NCBI GenBank assembly: GCA_964371595.1
Contig: CAYJNJ010000002.1
Location: 40,274 to 104,273, forward strand
Source: an uncultured Bacteroidales bacterium
GTDB lineage: Bacteria; Bacteroidota; Bacteroidia; Bacteroidales; JAGOPY01
Direction of reading: 5' to 3'
Length of the DNA stretch: 64,000 nt
Part shown: positions 36,104-44,626 of the stretch, one piece after another
Layout: every line of letters starts with the position of its first letter
Numbering within the stretch: the stretch's first letter is position 1
Made by a program: the position numbers and the translations under genes
The notes under the pieces: model-generated
Told to the model about the DNA's origin: nothing
Databases searched by the model: none
The model's input: the letters and a program-made list of their open reading frames with translations, nothing else

Positions 36104-36746
36104 AGCGTACTTTTTCTGATAAGGAGGTGAATTCTTCCACCATTTCGGTGCTTCTATATTTCCTTCTCAGGCTGAAAAGGTAAAATGCTTCCACATCCTG
36201 GCCTTCGCCCTGGCTTTTGAGGTTGGAAAGCCTCACACCGCGGCAGTACTTGCCAAGGATCCCGGAGATCTCCTTCTCCGTTGCTTTTGAGGGCTTATAT
36301 ATCAGTTGGAGCACATATTCGGATTTGCCGGGGGAACCGAAATTGAAAGTAACCAGGACCACCGACACCAGGGAGATGAGCAATGTGCCTGTAACTGCAA
36401 TGGCATAAAGTCCGACGCCAGAGGCCATCCCCACCGCGAGGGCAAAAAAGATGTAGACGATATCCTGCACATCGCGCACGGCCGTCCGGAACCGGATGAT
36501 CGACATGGCGCCTACGAGACCGAATGCACGGGCCAGGTTATTGCCGATAATCATGATCACCAGGGTTGTTATAAGTGTTAAAAGGACCAGCGAGTTGACG
36601 TAAGTGGCTATATAGCTGGGCCCCTTGTAAATAAAGCGGTAAACCATCGCGATGACTATCCCGCAGGCCAGTGAAACGGCAAGGTTGGTAAGCACCGTAT
36701 AAACGGAAAGCGGAAACAGGTCTATAGTCTGAAATTCTTCTAACAT
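36060..36746 (-). CDS. DUF4956 domain-containing membrane protein
   Basis: Four TMs with the conserved block LARAFGLVGAMSIIRFRTAVRDVQDIVYIFFAL. A soluble C-terminal domain follows. Confidence 0.8.
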   Translation of the reverse strand: MLEEFQTIDLFPLSVYTVLTNLAVSLACGIVIAMVYRFIYKGPSYIATYVNSLVLLTLITTLVIMIIGNNLARAFGLVGAMSIIRFRTAVRDVQDIVYIFFALAVGMASGVGLYAIAVTGTLLISLVSVVLVTFNFGSPGKSEYVLQLIYKPSKATEKEISGILGKYCRGVRLSNLKSQGEGQDVEAFYLFSLRRKYRSTEMVEEFTSLSEKVRFNLYFDQDEANMAF

Positions 36747-36756
36747 CAGGTCATTT

Positions 36757-37515
36757 TTAAATACTGTTCCAATGCATTAGTCTTTTCATATCCGCCTGGC
36801 GTGATTGTTCAGTGAGGCGATGGGAATCGATGCAGAAGACATATTTTGAAGCCGATTGCCTGACCATTCCAAGCCGCGCAGTAATTGGCCTCAGCCAGGA
36901 TGGGAAAGTATCCTTGAATTTTACTTCAAAAATGAATTTACCGGGAATAGCCGGAACTGTTTTCGCCTCAGAATACAGATCATCTATCCCGGGATAGGCT
37001 ATGCTCCGCAGGTTTTTATCAATCGTCATCCTCACTTCATTCTTATACCGGTCAAGATAGGGTTCCCGCTCATAAATTACAAGTACCACCGGCTTAAGGT
37101 TGTTCCGGTAAACATGGAAAAGAAATTTGCCGGCGCCGTTCACACCATGATCGTCTTCAGCACCGTAAGCCCTGGATCCTTCCCCCGACATCAGCCGTTT
37201 CATCACATCGAATGTCAGCTTTTCACGGTCCTTTTCAATCGGTTCCTTGAATTTCCGCTTGATCTCCATGAAAACGGTATCGTCCCCGGTTTTTTCATTA
37301 TATCCCCTGATCCTGATCTTTTTCCTGATCTTATAGCCATCAACCTTTTCATAAAAATAATCGAAGTTTGAAGTATCGAAATACACTGACCTTACCGTAT
37401 ACTGATGCTTTTCCATCACGGCGGCATACGGATCATACTCAACATAGGGCCTTATGGCTTCCCTGAGCTGGTCTAACCTGTTTTCCGGGACGATATATTT
37501 GAACTCGTACTTCAT
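36757..37515 (-). CDS. VTC-domain (polyphosphate polymerase / CYTH-like triphosphate tunnel) protein
   Basis: MKYEFKYIVP..., VRSVYFDT, IRKKIRIRGY, VFMEIKRKF and FEVKF give the alternating basic-strand pattern of VTC/CYTH tunnel enzymes. Confidence 0.8.
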   Translation of the reverse strand: MKYEFKYIVPENRLDQLREAIRPYVEYDPYAAVMEKHQYTVRSVYFDTSNFDYFYEKVDGYKIRKKIRIRGYNEKTGDDTVFMEIKRKFKEPIEKDREKLTFDVMKRLMSGEGSRAYGAEDDHGVNGAGKFLFHVYRNNLKPVVLVIYEREPYLDRYKNEVRMTIDKNLRSIAYPGIDDLYSEAKTVPAIPGKFIFEVKFKDTFPSWLRPITARLGMVRQSASKYVFCIDSHRLTEQSRQADMKRLMHWNSI

Positions 37516-37516
37516 G

Positions 37517-38584
37517 TCAGAAAGATACGGAAAAATTCCGTTTCAGGTACTCAAGCAGCCTTACTTTATCGCAATAAATCCTGCACTGGACGATCATTCC
37601 GGGATAAATGCCTGGGGTGGCTTCTTCGGTGACAGCTTTTGCAATAACGAACTGCTGGCTCTGTATCAGGTTTACATTTTGATCGACGCCTTTAAAAGAA
37701 GCATTCACGGTAATTTTGTTGTCGGGTGTCGAAAAAGTCACTTTATGCAACCTGTCGAGGTATGATGAATGCTGGTATGCCACCGGTATCTTGAGCAGGA
37801 GCCTTGAGTTATCGCTTACTTTCAGGATCCCGCCCAATTCGGTATTATAGCTCAGGATGCCTTCGATCGGGGTGGTAATCGTATACTGGGCTTTCTGCTT
37901 TTCCAGCCGCTCTATTTCCCTGGTATAAGAAAGGATCTTCTGCTCCGTATAGACAATAACCGGGTCCTTCTCACCTGTACTGAGAGCGACCATCTGGTCA
38001 TAAGCTACCTGCGTGTTGATTTCCGCAAGTTTCAATGCATTTTCATACATATCAAAATCGGCAGGTGTGATGACACTGTCGCGGTAAAGCCTTTCCTGCC
38101 TCGCAAAATTCTTCTTCTCCAGGTCGAGCTGCTGCCGGGCATAGTTGTATTGCCTTTCGGCTTGCTCAACGAGGGATTCTTTCTCGCCGGTGGTGACCAC
38201 ATTCAGGTTGGCAATCTCCTGGTCGCGAAGGTTTTGAAGCGCGACAATCTCATTTTGGATGAAATACGATTCGATGGCGGCAATCGTATCATTCCTGCTC
38301 ACCGGGGCATCGAACTGCAGGTCTTTCCTGATCTCCAGCTCCGCAATATCCCCCCTTTCAAAACGGTAATTCTTAAAATCGCCCAGGGCATCGGTTTCAT
38401 AATTGTAGGTCTGGCTCCAGATCCCTTCCTCCGTCCCCCTCATGATTTTCCATTCCCTGACAGGATATATTTTTGCCGTAGCCTCAAAACTGTACCTGAC
38501 CCGTATTGGCAGAAATATAGTCAGGACGAGCAGTACAAGCAGCAGAATAAGTATGTGTCGGCGATTGAAGCGCATTCGGCGCAA
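37517..38584 (-). CDS. HlyD-like membrane-fusion (periplasmic adaptor) family protein
   Basis: N-terminal TM, a barrel-sandwich start, a long coiled-coil segment (QAERQYNYARQQLDLEKKNFARQERLY...) and a beta C-terminus. The family call is from architecture only. Confidence 0.55.
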   Translation of the reverse strand: MRRMRFNRRHILILLLVLLVLTIFLPIRVRYSFEATAKIYPVREWKIMRGTEEGIWSQTYNYETDALGDFKNYRFERGDIAELEIRKDLQFDAPVSRNDTIAAIESYFIQNEIVALQNLRDQEIANLNVVTTGEKESLVEQAERQYNYARQQLDLEKKNFARQERLYRDSVITPADFDMYENALKLAEINTQVAYDQMVALSTGEKDPVIVYTEQKILSYTREIERLEKQKAQYTITTPIEGILSYNTELGGILKVSDNSRLLLKIPVAYQHSSYLDRLHKVTFSTPDNKITVNASFKGVDQNVNLIQSQQFVIAKAVTEEATPGIYPGMIVQCRIYCDKVRLLEYLKRNFSVSF

Positions 38585-38604
38585 AGTTAACTTATTATTA
38601 AGTT

Positions 38605-40914
38605 TTAATACAGTTTTACCACTTTTCCCGAACCATTTACCTCATTTTTATCGTTTCTGATTATAATGATATAAACACCGGGAAACAGTAAAGTTGCATC
38701 AAACGTAACCTGGCCTCCTTCGAAATTTCTTTTTTCAATTAAAATGCCGGAAGTCGTTATCAGTTCTGCAGAACTAACTCCCTGTAATTCTGCCATAACC
38801 GTAAACTCATCCCTGAATGGATTGGGCATGATCTTTACTTCCTGCCATGTTTTGCCGTAGTCTGAAATATATTCGGGGCAATAATTGTCATTTTCGAATG
38901 TCGGTATTTCGAGGTCTGAAAAAATGCCTGAACCATTCGGGCACCTGCCGAAAGAAATATCTGCAATTTGTTCACCGAAGCTAAGGCTGTCGAGCACAAT
39001 CCCATTTCCGTTGCTGAGCATAAGGGCCTCACCACTGGCAGATAACTTGAAATTGGCATGCAGGTAGCCGGAAACGGTATCCTCCTCATCAGCCCAGATC
39101 ATCAGGTAAGAATGCGGTTCCACAATGGAATTTTCCGGGAAAGCAAATTTATCCGGGTTTGTAATATCATCGGTAAGATAAAGGCCGAAAAGATCGACAG
39201 GCTCATTGGTCAGGTTGTAAATTTCAATCCAGTCTTCGTAATTGCCATACTCATTGGTGGTGTCCGAAGTATTCTTTGCAAGAAACTCGTTGATTGCAAC
39301 ATCCCCCGGACCTGCAGTCGGGATCTGGGCTTCCAGGACATAAAACTCATGCTCTGCATTCTGCGGGGAAAACATGCCGGCATCTGCATTTTCGGAATAA
39401 ATATAATAATGGGCAATCAGCGATGACATGATAAAAGAAGCCCCGTAAACATTGTCGCCTGCCGCGCCATCGTTGTGGTTCCCATCGTCATACATCGTTT
39501 GCTGCTGGAATTTTTCTTCCTTGTCGTGCCTGAGATTCAGCCTCACATCCGGCCCGCCCGGTCCGGTTACTATGGCAGTGACCGTGATTTCCTCATTAAG
39601 TTCAGGTTCCGGATCGTTGACGTTAACCATTCCAATCTGTGGGGGCTCAAATGAAAAAATAGGATTTGTCAACAGGTAGTTGGCCCGGGCATCCATCAGG
39701 TTCTGTATACCCGGCACATAATAGCTCCCCACCTGGACATCCGTTGTCAACCCCTGCTGGAACTGCATGTAAGTGAAGAATTTGTTCGGATCGAGCTGGA
39801 CTTCATCATTGATCAGTGTCCGTAGCATTTCAGCAGTTTCAATATAGTTTCCGTTACTGAAATTATCTTCAATGATGGTGCGCATATGGGCAATGTACAT
39901 GCGATACCAGATCGGGCTCATATTGAGACTATAGATCAGTGGCCAGTCGGTATGGTCGAAATGCAGGACGGGTGATAATTGCTGCATCTGCTGAACGGTG
40001 AGGCTGCCGCTGCCTCCATTCTGCGTGCCGGCAAAAGGAAAGCCCCCGAACGACATGTTCAGGTCCCAGATCACCGGGTTATAATGCCCGGTATTATCCA
40101 TGTACAGGTAGTAATTCTGTGCGAACCAGCCGCTGTAGCTGTCGAGGCTGACCAGCACGTTGTTGAAGGCAAGCATCCAGAGCGCGCGGTCGATATCCAT
40201 TAAATTTTCAAGGGCATAGGCATCATTGGTTGCTGCATCACACAATTCCACAAGATCGTTCCATCCATAATCGGATTCCAGTTCATATTTGCCGAAATAA
40301 TCGCTGCTGTCGGAGCTGATATATTTCAGGTCGCTCCTGGAAAAAGGACCGGGCAGGACAGGGCTTCCTTTGATGAAGGTGTTCCCCGAGGAATAGAAAT
40401 TGGTCGAGCAGAACTTCTTATTGATGCTTTCATCGTTTGAATATAATCCGGTCAAAGCGCCGTTAATGGTGACATTTGCGAAATTTGACCCGGGGCAGTC
40501 CATGTAATTGGAAAGAATAAAGTAAGATAAAGGCTCCCGAATCATCGACGGGTCGCCGTAAAAATTTGCGAGCTTAATGCTGGCAATACCCTGGTAGGAT
40601 TGGCTTTTAAATTCATCCAGGGAAATATGGAGCGGATTTTTGTTGAAGGAAGGATCATAGGAACTCGATCCTTTGTATTTCACCCCGGCGCTGTCGAATT
40701 GCACCCCGTTAATCTTCACCCATTCAGCCATCAGGTAACTGCCGGAGCCTGCTTTGGCGGTATCCAGGATATAATCCCAGTTCGGTTGCGTGAATGAAAT
40801 CTCGATCTCCTGGATTGTGTTGATATCGTAAAAATCATCCTGGGCATTGATATTCATTGCTGAAATCATTAAAATTGCCAGGAGAGAAACTTTTAGCCTT
40901 GAAATGGATTTCAT
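38605..40914 (-). CDS. CotH kinase-family protein with lamin-tail domain and T9SS C-terminal sorting domain
   Basis: Signal peptide MKSISRLKVSLLAILMISAMNINAQ at the internal ATG at 40914. There is a CotH-like core, an LTD (VAINEFLAKNT...YEDWIEIYNLTNEPVDL) and a T9SS CTD (KIMPNPFRDEF...GVYIIIIRN). Confidence 0.85.
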   Translation of the reverse strand: MKSISRLKVSLLAILMISAMNINAQDDFYDINTIQEIEISFTQPNWDYILDTAKAGSGSYLMAEWVKINGVQFDSAGVKYKGSSSYDPSFNKNPLHISLDEFKSQSYQGIASIKLANFYGDPSMIREPLSYFILSNYMDCPGSNFANVTINGALTGLYSNDESINKKFCSTNFYSSGNTFIKGSPVLPGPFSRSDLKYISSDSSDYFGKYELESDYGWNDLVELCDAATNDAYALENLMDIDRALWMLAFNNVLVSLDSYSGWFAQNYYLYMDNTGHYNPVIWDLNMSFGGFPFAGTQNGGSGSLTVQQMQQLSPVLHFDHTDWPLIYSLNMSPIWYRMYIAHMRTIIEDNFSNGNYIETAEMLRTLINDEVQLDPNKFFTYMQFQQGLTTDVQVGSYYVPGIQNLMDARANYLLTNPIFSFEPPQIGMVNVNDPEPELNEEITVTAIVTGPGGPDVRLNLRHDKEEKFQQQTMYDDGNHNDGAAGDNVYGASFIMSSLIAHYYIYSENADAGMFSPQNAEHEFYVLEAQIPTAGPGDVAINEFLAKNTSDTTNEYGNYEDWIEIYNLTNEPVDLFGLYLTDDITNPDKFAFPENSIVEPHSYLMIWADEEDTVSGYLHANFKLSASGEALMLSNGNGIVLDSLSFGEQIADISFGRCPNGSGIFSDLEIPTFENDNYCPEYISDYGKTWQEVKIMPNPFRDEFTVMAELQGVSSAELITTSGILIEKRNFEGGQVTFDATLLFPGVYIIIIRNDKNEVNGSGKVVKLY

Positions 40915-40924
40915 GTGACAGGAT

Positions 40925-42739
40925 TTATTTAACCAGGATGATTTTCGCTGTACGGGTGAATTTTTTATCTCCCTCGAGGACCAGGAAATAGATCCCATTT
41001 TCAAGGTGGGATATATCCAGGGAATTTTCCGGCTTCCTTTCCAGGACCAATCTTCCCGACTGATCAAAGATACGAATTGCACGGTAATCCCCGGCAGAAA
41101 AATTCTCATCCAGGTGGATTATTCCATGGGTTGGGACAGGGTAAATACTAATAGAGTAAGAATTATCATCTTCGGCGATCCCAATCATCTCAAAATTAAA
41201 TGGTTCGGACATTTCAGAAGCACATCCCCCGGCATCTGTTATTTTTACCTGGTATGTCCCTGATCTGAGTGGGACAAAGTAAGCATTGTTGCCGCCGGAA
41301 ACAGGAAGCCCGTTCATAAACCACTGGTAAGTAACTCCATAACTTGAATAGAGTGTATCATTTGCTTCGGTGATCAGGGGGGCATCGATCAGGGTGCCAT
41401 CCACGTAGCATTTTGTATAACGGCGGGCGTTGGAGGACCCGCCGCCGCTAAGGTTTTTCGACCAGAGCAGGGTATTATTCGAATCCACTTCATAGATAAA
41501 TCCGGCCTGGGTGATACAAACGAGGATATTGCCATTGGGCAGGTTATGGCAGCCGCCTTCATTATTTGTATGGCCGTTACAGGCATGGCGCCAGTTATAG
41601 GTAGATGGAGCATAGGCCGATCCGGGGGTATATTCATAATTATACCCGTCATAGGGCGGGTTGATGATATCCACTGAAGATTTGGTGGCAGAAACCCCGT
41701 TGTTGTTGAAGCCCACAAGCTGGCCGGCGCGGTGATGGCCCGGGGAGATCCAGTGTGCGTCGTGCACAACATGGAAGATGGTGGATCCGCTGGCATCATA
41801 AGCTGCCGGGTTTCCCCACCTGTAAAGGATATCCCCACCTTTTCCGGAATTGCCGCCGGAATGGCCCGCAGCTTCCTCCGTCGTGGTGCTGTGGTCGATC
41901 ACATACAATTCGTTAAGAAAATGGGAGCTGATCACCACCTGGTCGAGCTGCTCGTTGTAATCAATGCCGTTCACATGCATCCAGTCTTTCGTCTGCTGGC
42001 TGTTATTGTAATTGAGATCGAGCAGTTCCGGGTGATCGGCTACCACGCCAAAATTATCTTTGGATGCATCGTAATCCTGGACGAGATGGTCCCATGCATG
42101 CCATTCCCAGACCACTTCTCCCGTACCTGCCCCGGTTGGCTGAACCTCCAGGATCATATCCGGCCACATCGAATGGGCCCATTTACATCCCGCCTGTGTG
42201 ACCTGAGATGAACTCTTCAGTTCATAGACAATCAGCAGGACATTCCCGTTTGGCATAGGATGGATATCATGATGGGAGCAATACGTGGTCGTTGAGCAGA
42301 TATAATTCCATGTAATATTTCCGTCCCAATCAACCTTCTGAACCTGGCCGCACATGCCCCCACCCTGGAATGAGTTGCCCTGCTTGGCGACTGTCCTCAG
42401 CAGGGTACCGCCCTGCAACAGGTATGTGGAGTAACCGGTCCTGGCGGAAGAGCCGAAGGTCCAGGTATGGAAATTAGTGCCGTTGGTATCAAGGAGCACG
42501 GCGCTTGTGCTGTTCTGGATGCTGTATAAGGTGTAATCGCCCCATTGCTGGCTGAAGGAGACCTGGGAGAGGAGGAGACAGAGGGACAGGAGGACGGGAA
42601 GACGGGAAGACGGGAAGACTTTTAGACTGTAAGACGGGAAGACGGGAAGACTGTAAGACTGTAAGATTTTAAGAATGTAAAACTTTAAGATTGTAAGTCG
42701 ATATGACGGGAAGAAAAACAATAATTTGCGCTTTAGCAT
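40925..42739 (-). CDS. arylsulfotransferase (ASST)-like beta-propeller protein with Ig-like domain and T9SS C-terminal sorting domain
   Basis: YCSHHDIHPMPNGNVLL, WMHVNGIDYN and HDAHWI are propeller-like blocks. The T9SS CTD is SIYPVPTHGIIHL...NGIYFLVLEG. The start is uncertain: the only in-frame ATG (42739) lies upstream of an octamer-repeat tract. Confidence 0.55.
   Translation of the reverse strand: MLKRKLLFFFPSYRLTILKFYILKILQSYSLPVFPSYSLKVFPSSRLPVLLSLCLLLSQVSFSQQWGDYTLYSIQNSTSAVLLDTNGTNFHTWTFGSSARTGYSTYLLQGGTLLRTVAKQGNSFQGGGMCGQVQKVDWDGNITWNYICSTTTYCSHHDIHPMPNGNVLLIVYELKSSSQVTQAGCKWAHSMWPDMILEVQPTGAGTGEVVWEWHAWDHLVQDYDASKDNFGVVADHPELLDLNYNNSQQTKDWMHVNGIDYNEQLDQVVISSHFLNELYVIDHSTTTEEAAGHSGGNSGKGGDILYRWGNPAAYDASGSTIFHVVHDAHWISPGHHRAGQLVGFNNNGVSATKSSVDIINPPYDGYNYEYTPGSAYAPSTYNWRHACNGHTNNEGGCHNLPNGNILVCITQAGFIYEVDSNNTLLWSKNLSGGGSSNARRYTKCYVDGTLIDAPLITEANDTLYSSYGVTYQWFMNGLPVSGGNNAYFVPLRSGTYQVKITDAGGCASEMSEPFNFEMIGIAEDDNSYSISIYPVPTHGIIHLDENFSAGDYRAIRIFDQSGRLVLERKPENSLDISHLENGIYFLVLEGDKKFTRTAKIILVK
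42593..42720. repeat. 16 phased octanucleotide units (GACGGGAA / GACTGTAA and variants)
   Basis: gacgggaa x3, gactttta, gactgtaa, gacgggaa x2, gactgtaa x2, gattttaa, gaatgtaa, aactttaa, gattgtaa, gtcgatat, gacgggaa, gaaaaaca. The period is strictly 8 nt. Confidence 0.9.
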
Positions 42740-42772
42740 AAATTGAATGTTAATGGTTAATGCTTGTTATAA

Positions 42773-43786
42773 TTAATCGGTAATTACCAGCCTGAGAGTA
42801 GAAAGCCAGCGGTTTCCGGTTTCGATCCTGATAAAATAAATCCCTGCCGGCAGCTCATCCCTTGATAAAGTTATGGTTTTTGTAAGGCAATCCTTATAAA
42901 TCCTCACGGTATTTCCCAGTAAGTCTGTCACTGTAACTTTATGGACGGATTCAGCATCATTGAATTCCACAATTGCCAATTCACGGCAGGGATTTGGGTA
43001 GATAATTGCCTCAGTATCCTGAAGTGCCTCTGGGATTCCTATGGCATCACAACTGACACATTCAGAAAAACATACCGTTTCGATCACTGTATCTTTCAGT
43101 ATTTCTGCATACCTGTATCCATCTGTTGAACATCCTTCAGGCACTGTTTCATAACCTTCCACCGTATTTCCGTTCACAAACAGATAATAGCAATCGGCGT
43201 AATCTGTCCACATTTCAGCGTATATAATCTGCTCGTATATATCATCGGCAAATGAATACATAGTGGTTTGCGGGTTTGATCCGATTTCTTCATTAGCTAC
43301 CAGGTAGATCCCGGCCGGATCAATCATCTCTTCAAGGCTCAGGTCAACTTTCAACCTGAGCAGGTAATAGCCGGCCGGGGCATTGCCTGAAAACAGTACC
43401 GCCGCGACCGAGGTAGTATCGTTATATAATGAATCGACATAAACCCAGCGGTTATCATTAAAATCATATCCCACCCTTGATTCCAGCGGCACAAACTCCA
43501 CCTCGTACCACTGGTCGCCATTGATGAATTTGTACTCATACTTTGCGAAAGCCGGGATATCGACAACTACACTGTATATGGCCGATCCATCCAGGCTAAG
43601 CATCTCGGTCGTGTTCGACTGCCAGTCGCCACCTTCAAAACCGGCTTCTTCCTGGAAATCTCCGGAAACATGAACACCTGTGGTATTGACAGGTAACCCG
43701 GTCATGTCGACGGAAAATTTTACCTTTTTAGCACTGGCAGTAGTAACTGCAAGGATGAGGGCTAGTAGCAGAATTTGTATTTTCAT
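42773..43786 (-). CDS. secreted protein with two CBM/Ig-like modules and T9SS C-terminal sorting domain
   Basis: Signal peptide, KVKFSVDMTGLPVNTTGVHVSGDFQ...YEYKFINGDQW (starch-binding-module-like), and CTD IIYPNPCRELAIVEF...GIYFIRIETG. Confidence 0.65.
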   Translation of the reverse strand: MKIQILLLALILAVTTASAKKVKFSVDMTGLPVNTTGVHVSGDFQEEAGFEGGDWQSNTTEMLSLDGSAIYSVVVDIPAFAKYEYKFINGDQWYEVEFVPLESRVGYDFNDNRWVYVDSLYNDTTSVAAVLFSGNAPAGYYLLRLKVDLSLEEMIDPAGIYLVANEEIGSNPQTTMYSFADDIYEQIIYAEMWTDYADCYYLFVNGNTVEGYETVPEGCSTDGYRYAEILKDTVIETVCFSECVSCDAIGIPEALQDTEAIIYPNPCRELAIVEFNDAESVHKVTVTDLLGNTVRIYKDCLTKTITLSRDELPAGIYFIRIETGNRWLSTLRLVITD

Positions 43787-43800
43787 GGTCTCTTTCTTTA

Positions 43801-43933
43801 GTCGTCAGTCTTCAGTCTTCAGTCGTCAGTCGTCAGTCGTCAGTCGTCAGTCGTCAGTCGTCAGTCGTCAGTCATTGTGGCTTGTAGCTTGTGGCTTGTA
43901 GCTTGTAGCTTGTAGCCTGTGGCTTGCGGCTAA
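43801..43933. repeat. 19 phased heptamers: (GTCGTCA/GTCTTCA)x10, then GTCATTG, then (TGGCTTG/TAGCTTG)x7, then CGGCTAA
   Basis: The array fills the spacer from 14 nt upstream of the 43786 start to the base before the LytTR stop codon at 43934. Confidence 0.9.
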
Positions 43934-44626
43934 TCATTCAGCGTAAACCTCAAAAAAAGCCTTCTCAAAGCTATTCCCGATCGGTATCTCGCTTTCACCG
44001 ACATATATCATCCTGTTCCTGACTTTTTCTATCCTGGAAAGCGGAACGATGAAAGATCTGTGGACCCTGATGAAATCTTTGGGGGGAAGTTTGTCGATCA
44101 GGGCTTTCATCGTCATCCGCGCAACCAGGGGTTTCCGGCCGGAAATATGAATTTTCATATAGTCATCAAGCCCTTCAATGTAGAGAATATCCTTCAGCAT
44201 GATCTTGACAAGACTATAGTCGGCGCGGATAAAAATATATTGTTGTACAGCAGATTCATATTGATGCAGAAATTTATAGAAATCATGCGCTTTATTGACG
44301 GCCTGCAGGAACCTGTCGAATGTAAAAGGTTTCAGCAAATAATCCACTGCATTCACATTAAAGCCTTCCACTGCATATTCGCTGTATGCGGTAGTAAAGA
44401 TCACCATCAGGCCCTGGGGCACTTGCCTGCGGAATTCAAAACCGGTGACCGACGGCATCCTGATATCAAGGAAAAGCAGATCAGCCGGGAATTTGCTGAG
44501 ATGCTTCAAGGCCTCGTTCGGATTGGTGAACGTCTTGTCAAGATCGATAAAATCGACCTGCCTGCAGAAGCTTTCCACAATGCTCAGTGCCGGGGGTTCA
44601 TCGTCAAGTGCAATCGCCTTTATCAT
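43934..44626 (-). CDS. LytTR-family response regulator
   Basis: Receiver (LLFLDIRMPSVTG) and a C-terminal LytTR DNA-binding domain (IRVHRSFIVPLSRI). Confidence 0.9.
   Translation of the reverse strand: MIKAIALDDEPPALSIVESFCRQVDFIDLDKTFTNPNEALKHLSKFPADLLFLDIRMPSVTGFEFRRQVPQGLMVIFTTAYSEYAVEGFNVNAVDYLLKPFTFDRFLQAVNKAHDFYKFLHQYESAVQQYIFIRADYSLVKIMLKDILYIEGLDDYMKIHISGRKPLVARMTMKALIDKLPPKDFIRVHRSFIVPLSRIEKVRNRMIYVGESEIPIGNSFEKAFFEVYAE

Noticed and set aside
40915-41109. 65-codon N-terminal extension of the CotH ORF that overlaps the upstream ASST-like gene.
   Set aside because: A canonical signal peptide (MKSISRLKVSLLAILMISAMNINAQ) begins at the internal ATG at 40914, 10 nt after the upstream stop. 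The extension has no coding-like features.
42593-43933. Possible CRISPR arrays, because of the dense short direct repeats.
   Set aside because: The units are 7-8 nt and contiguous, with no unique spacers. No cas genes are in the window. The period and structure are incompatible with CRISPR.
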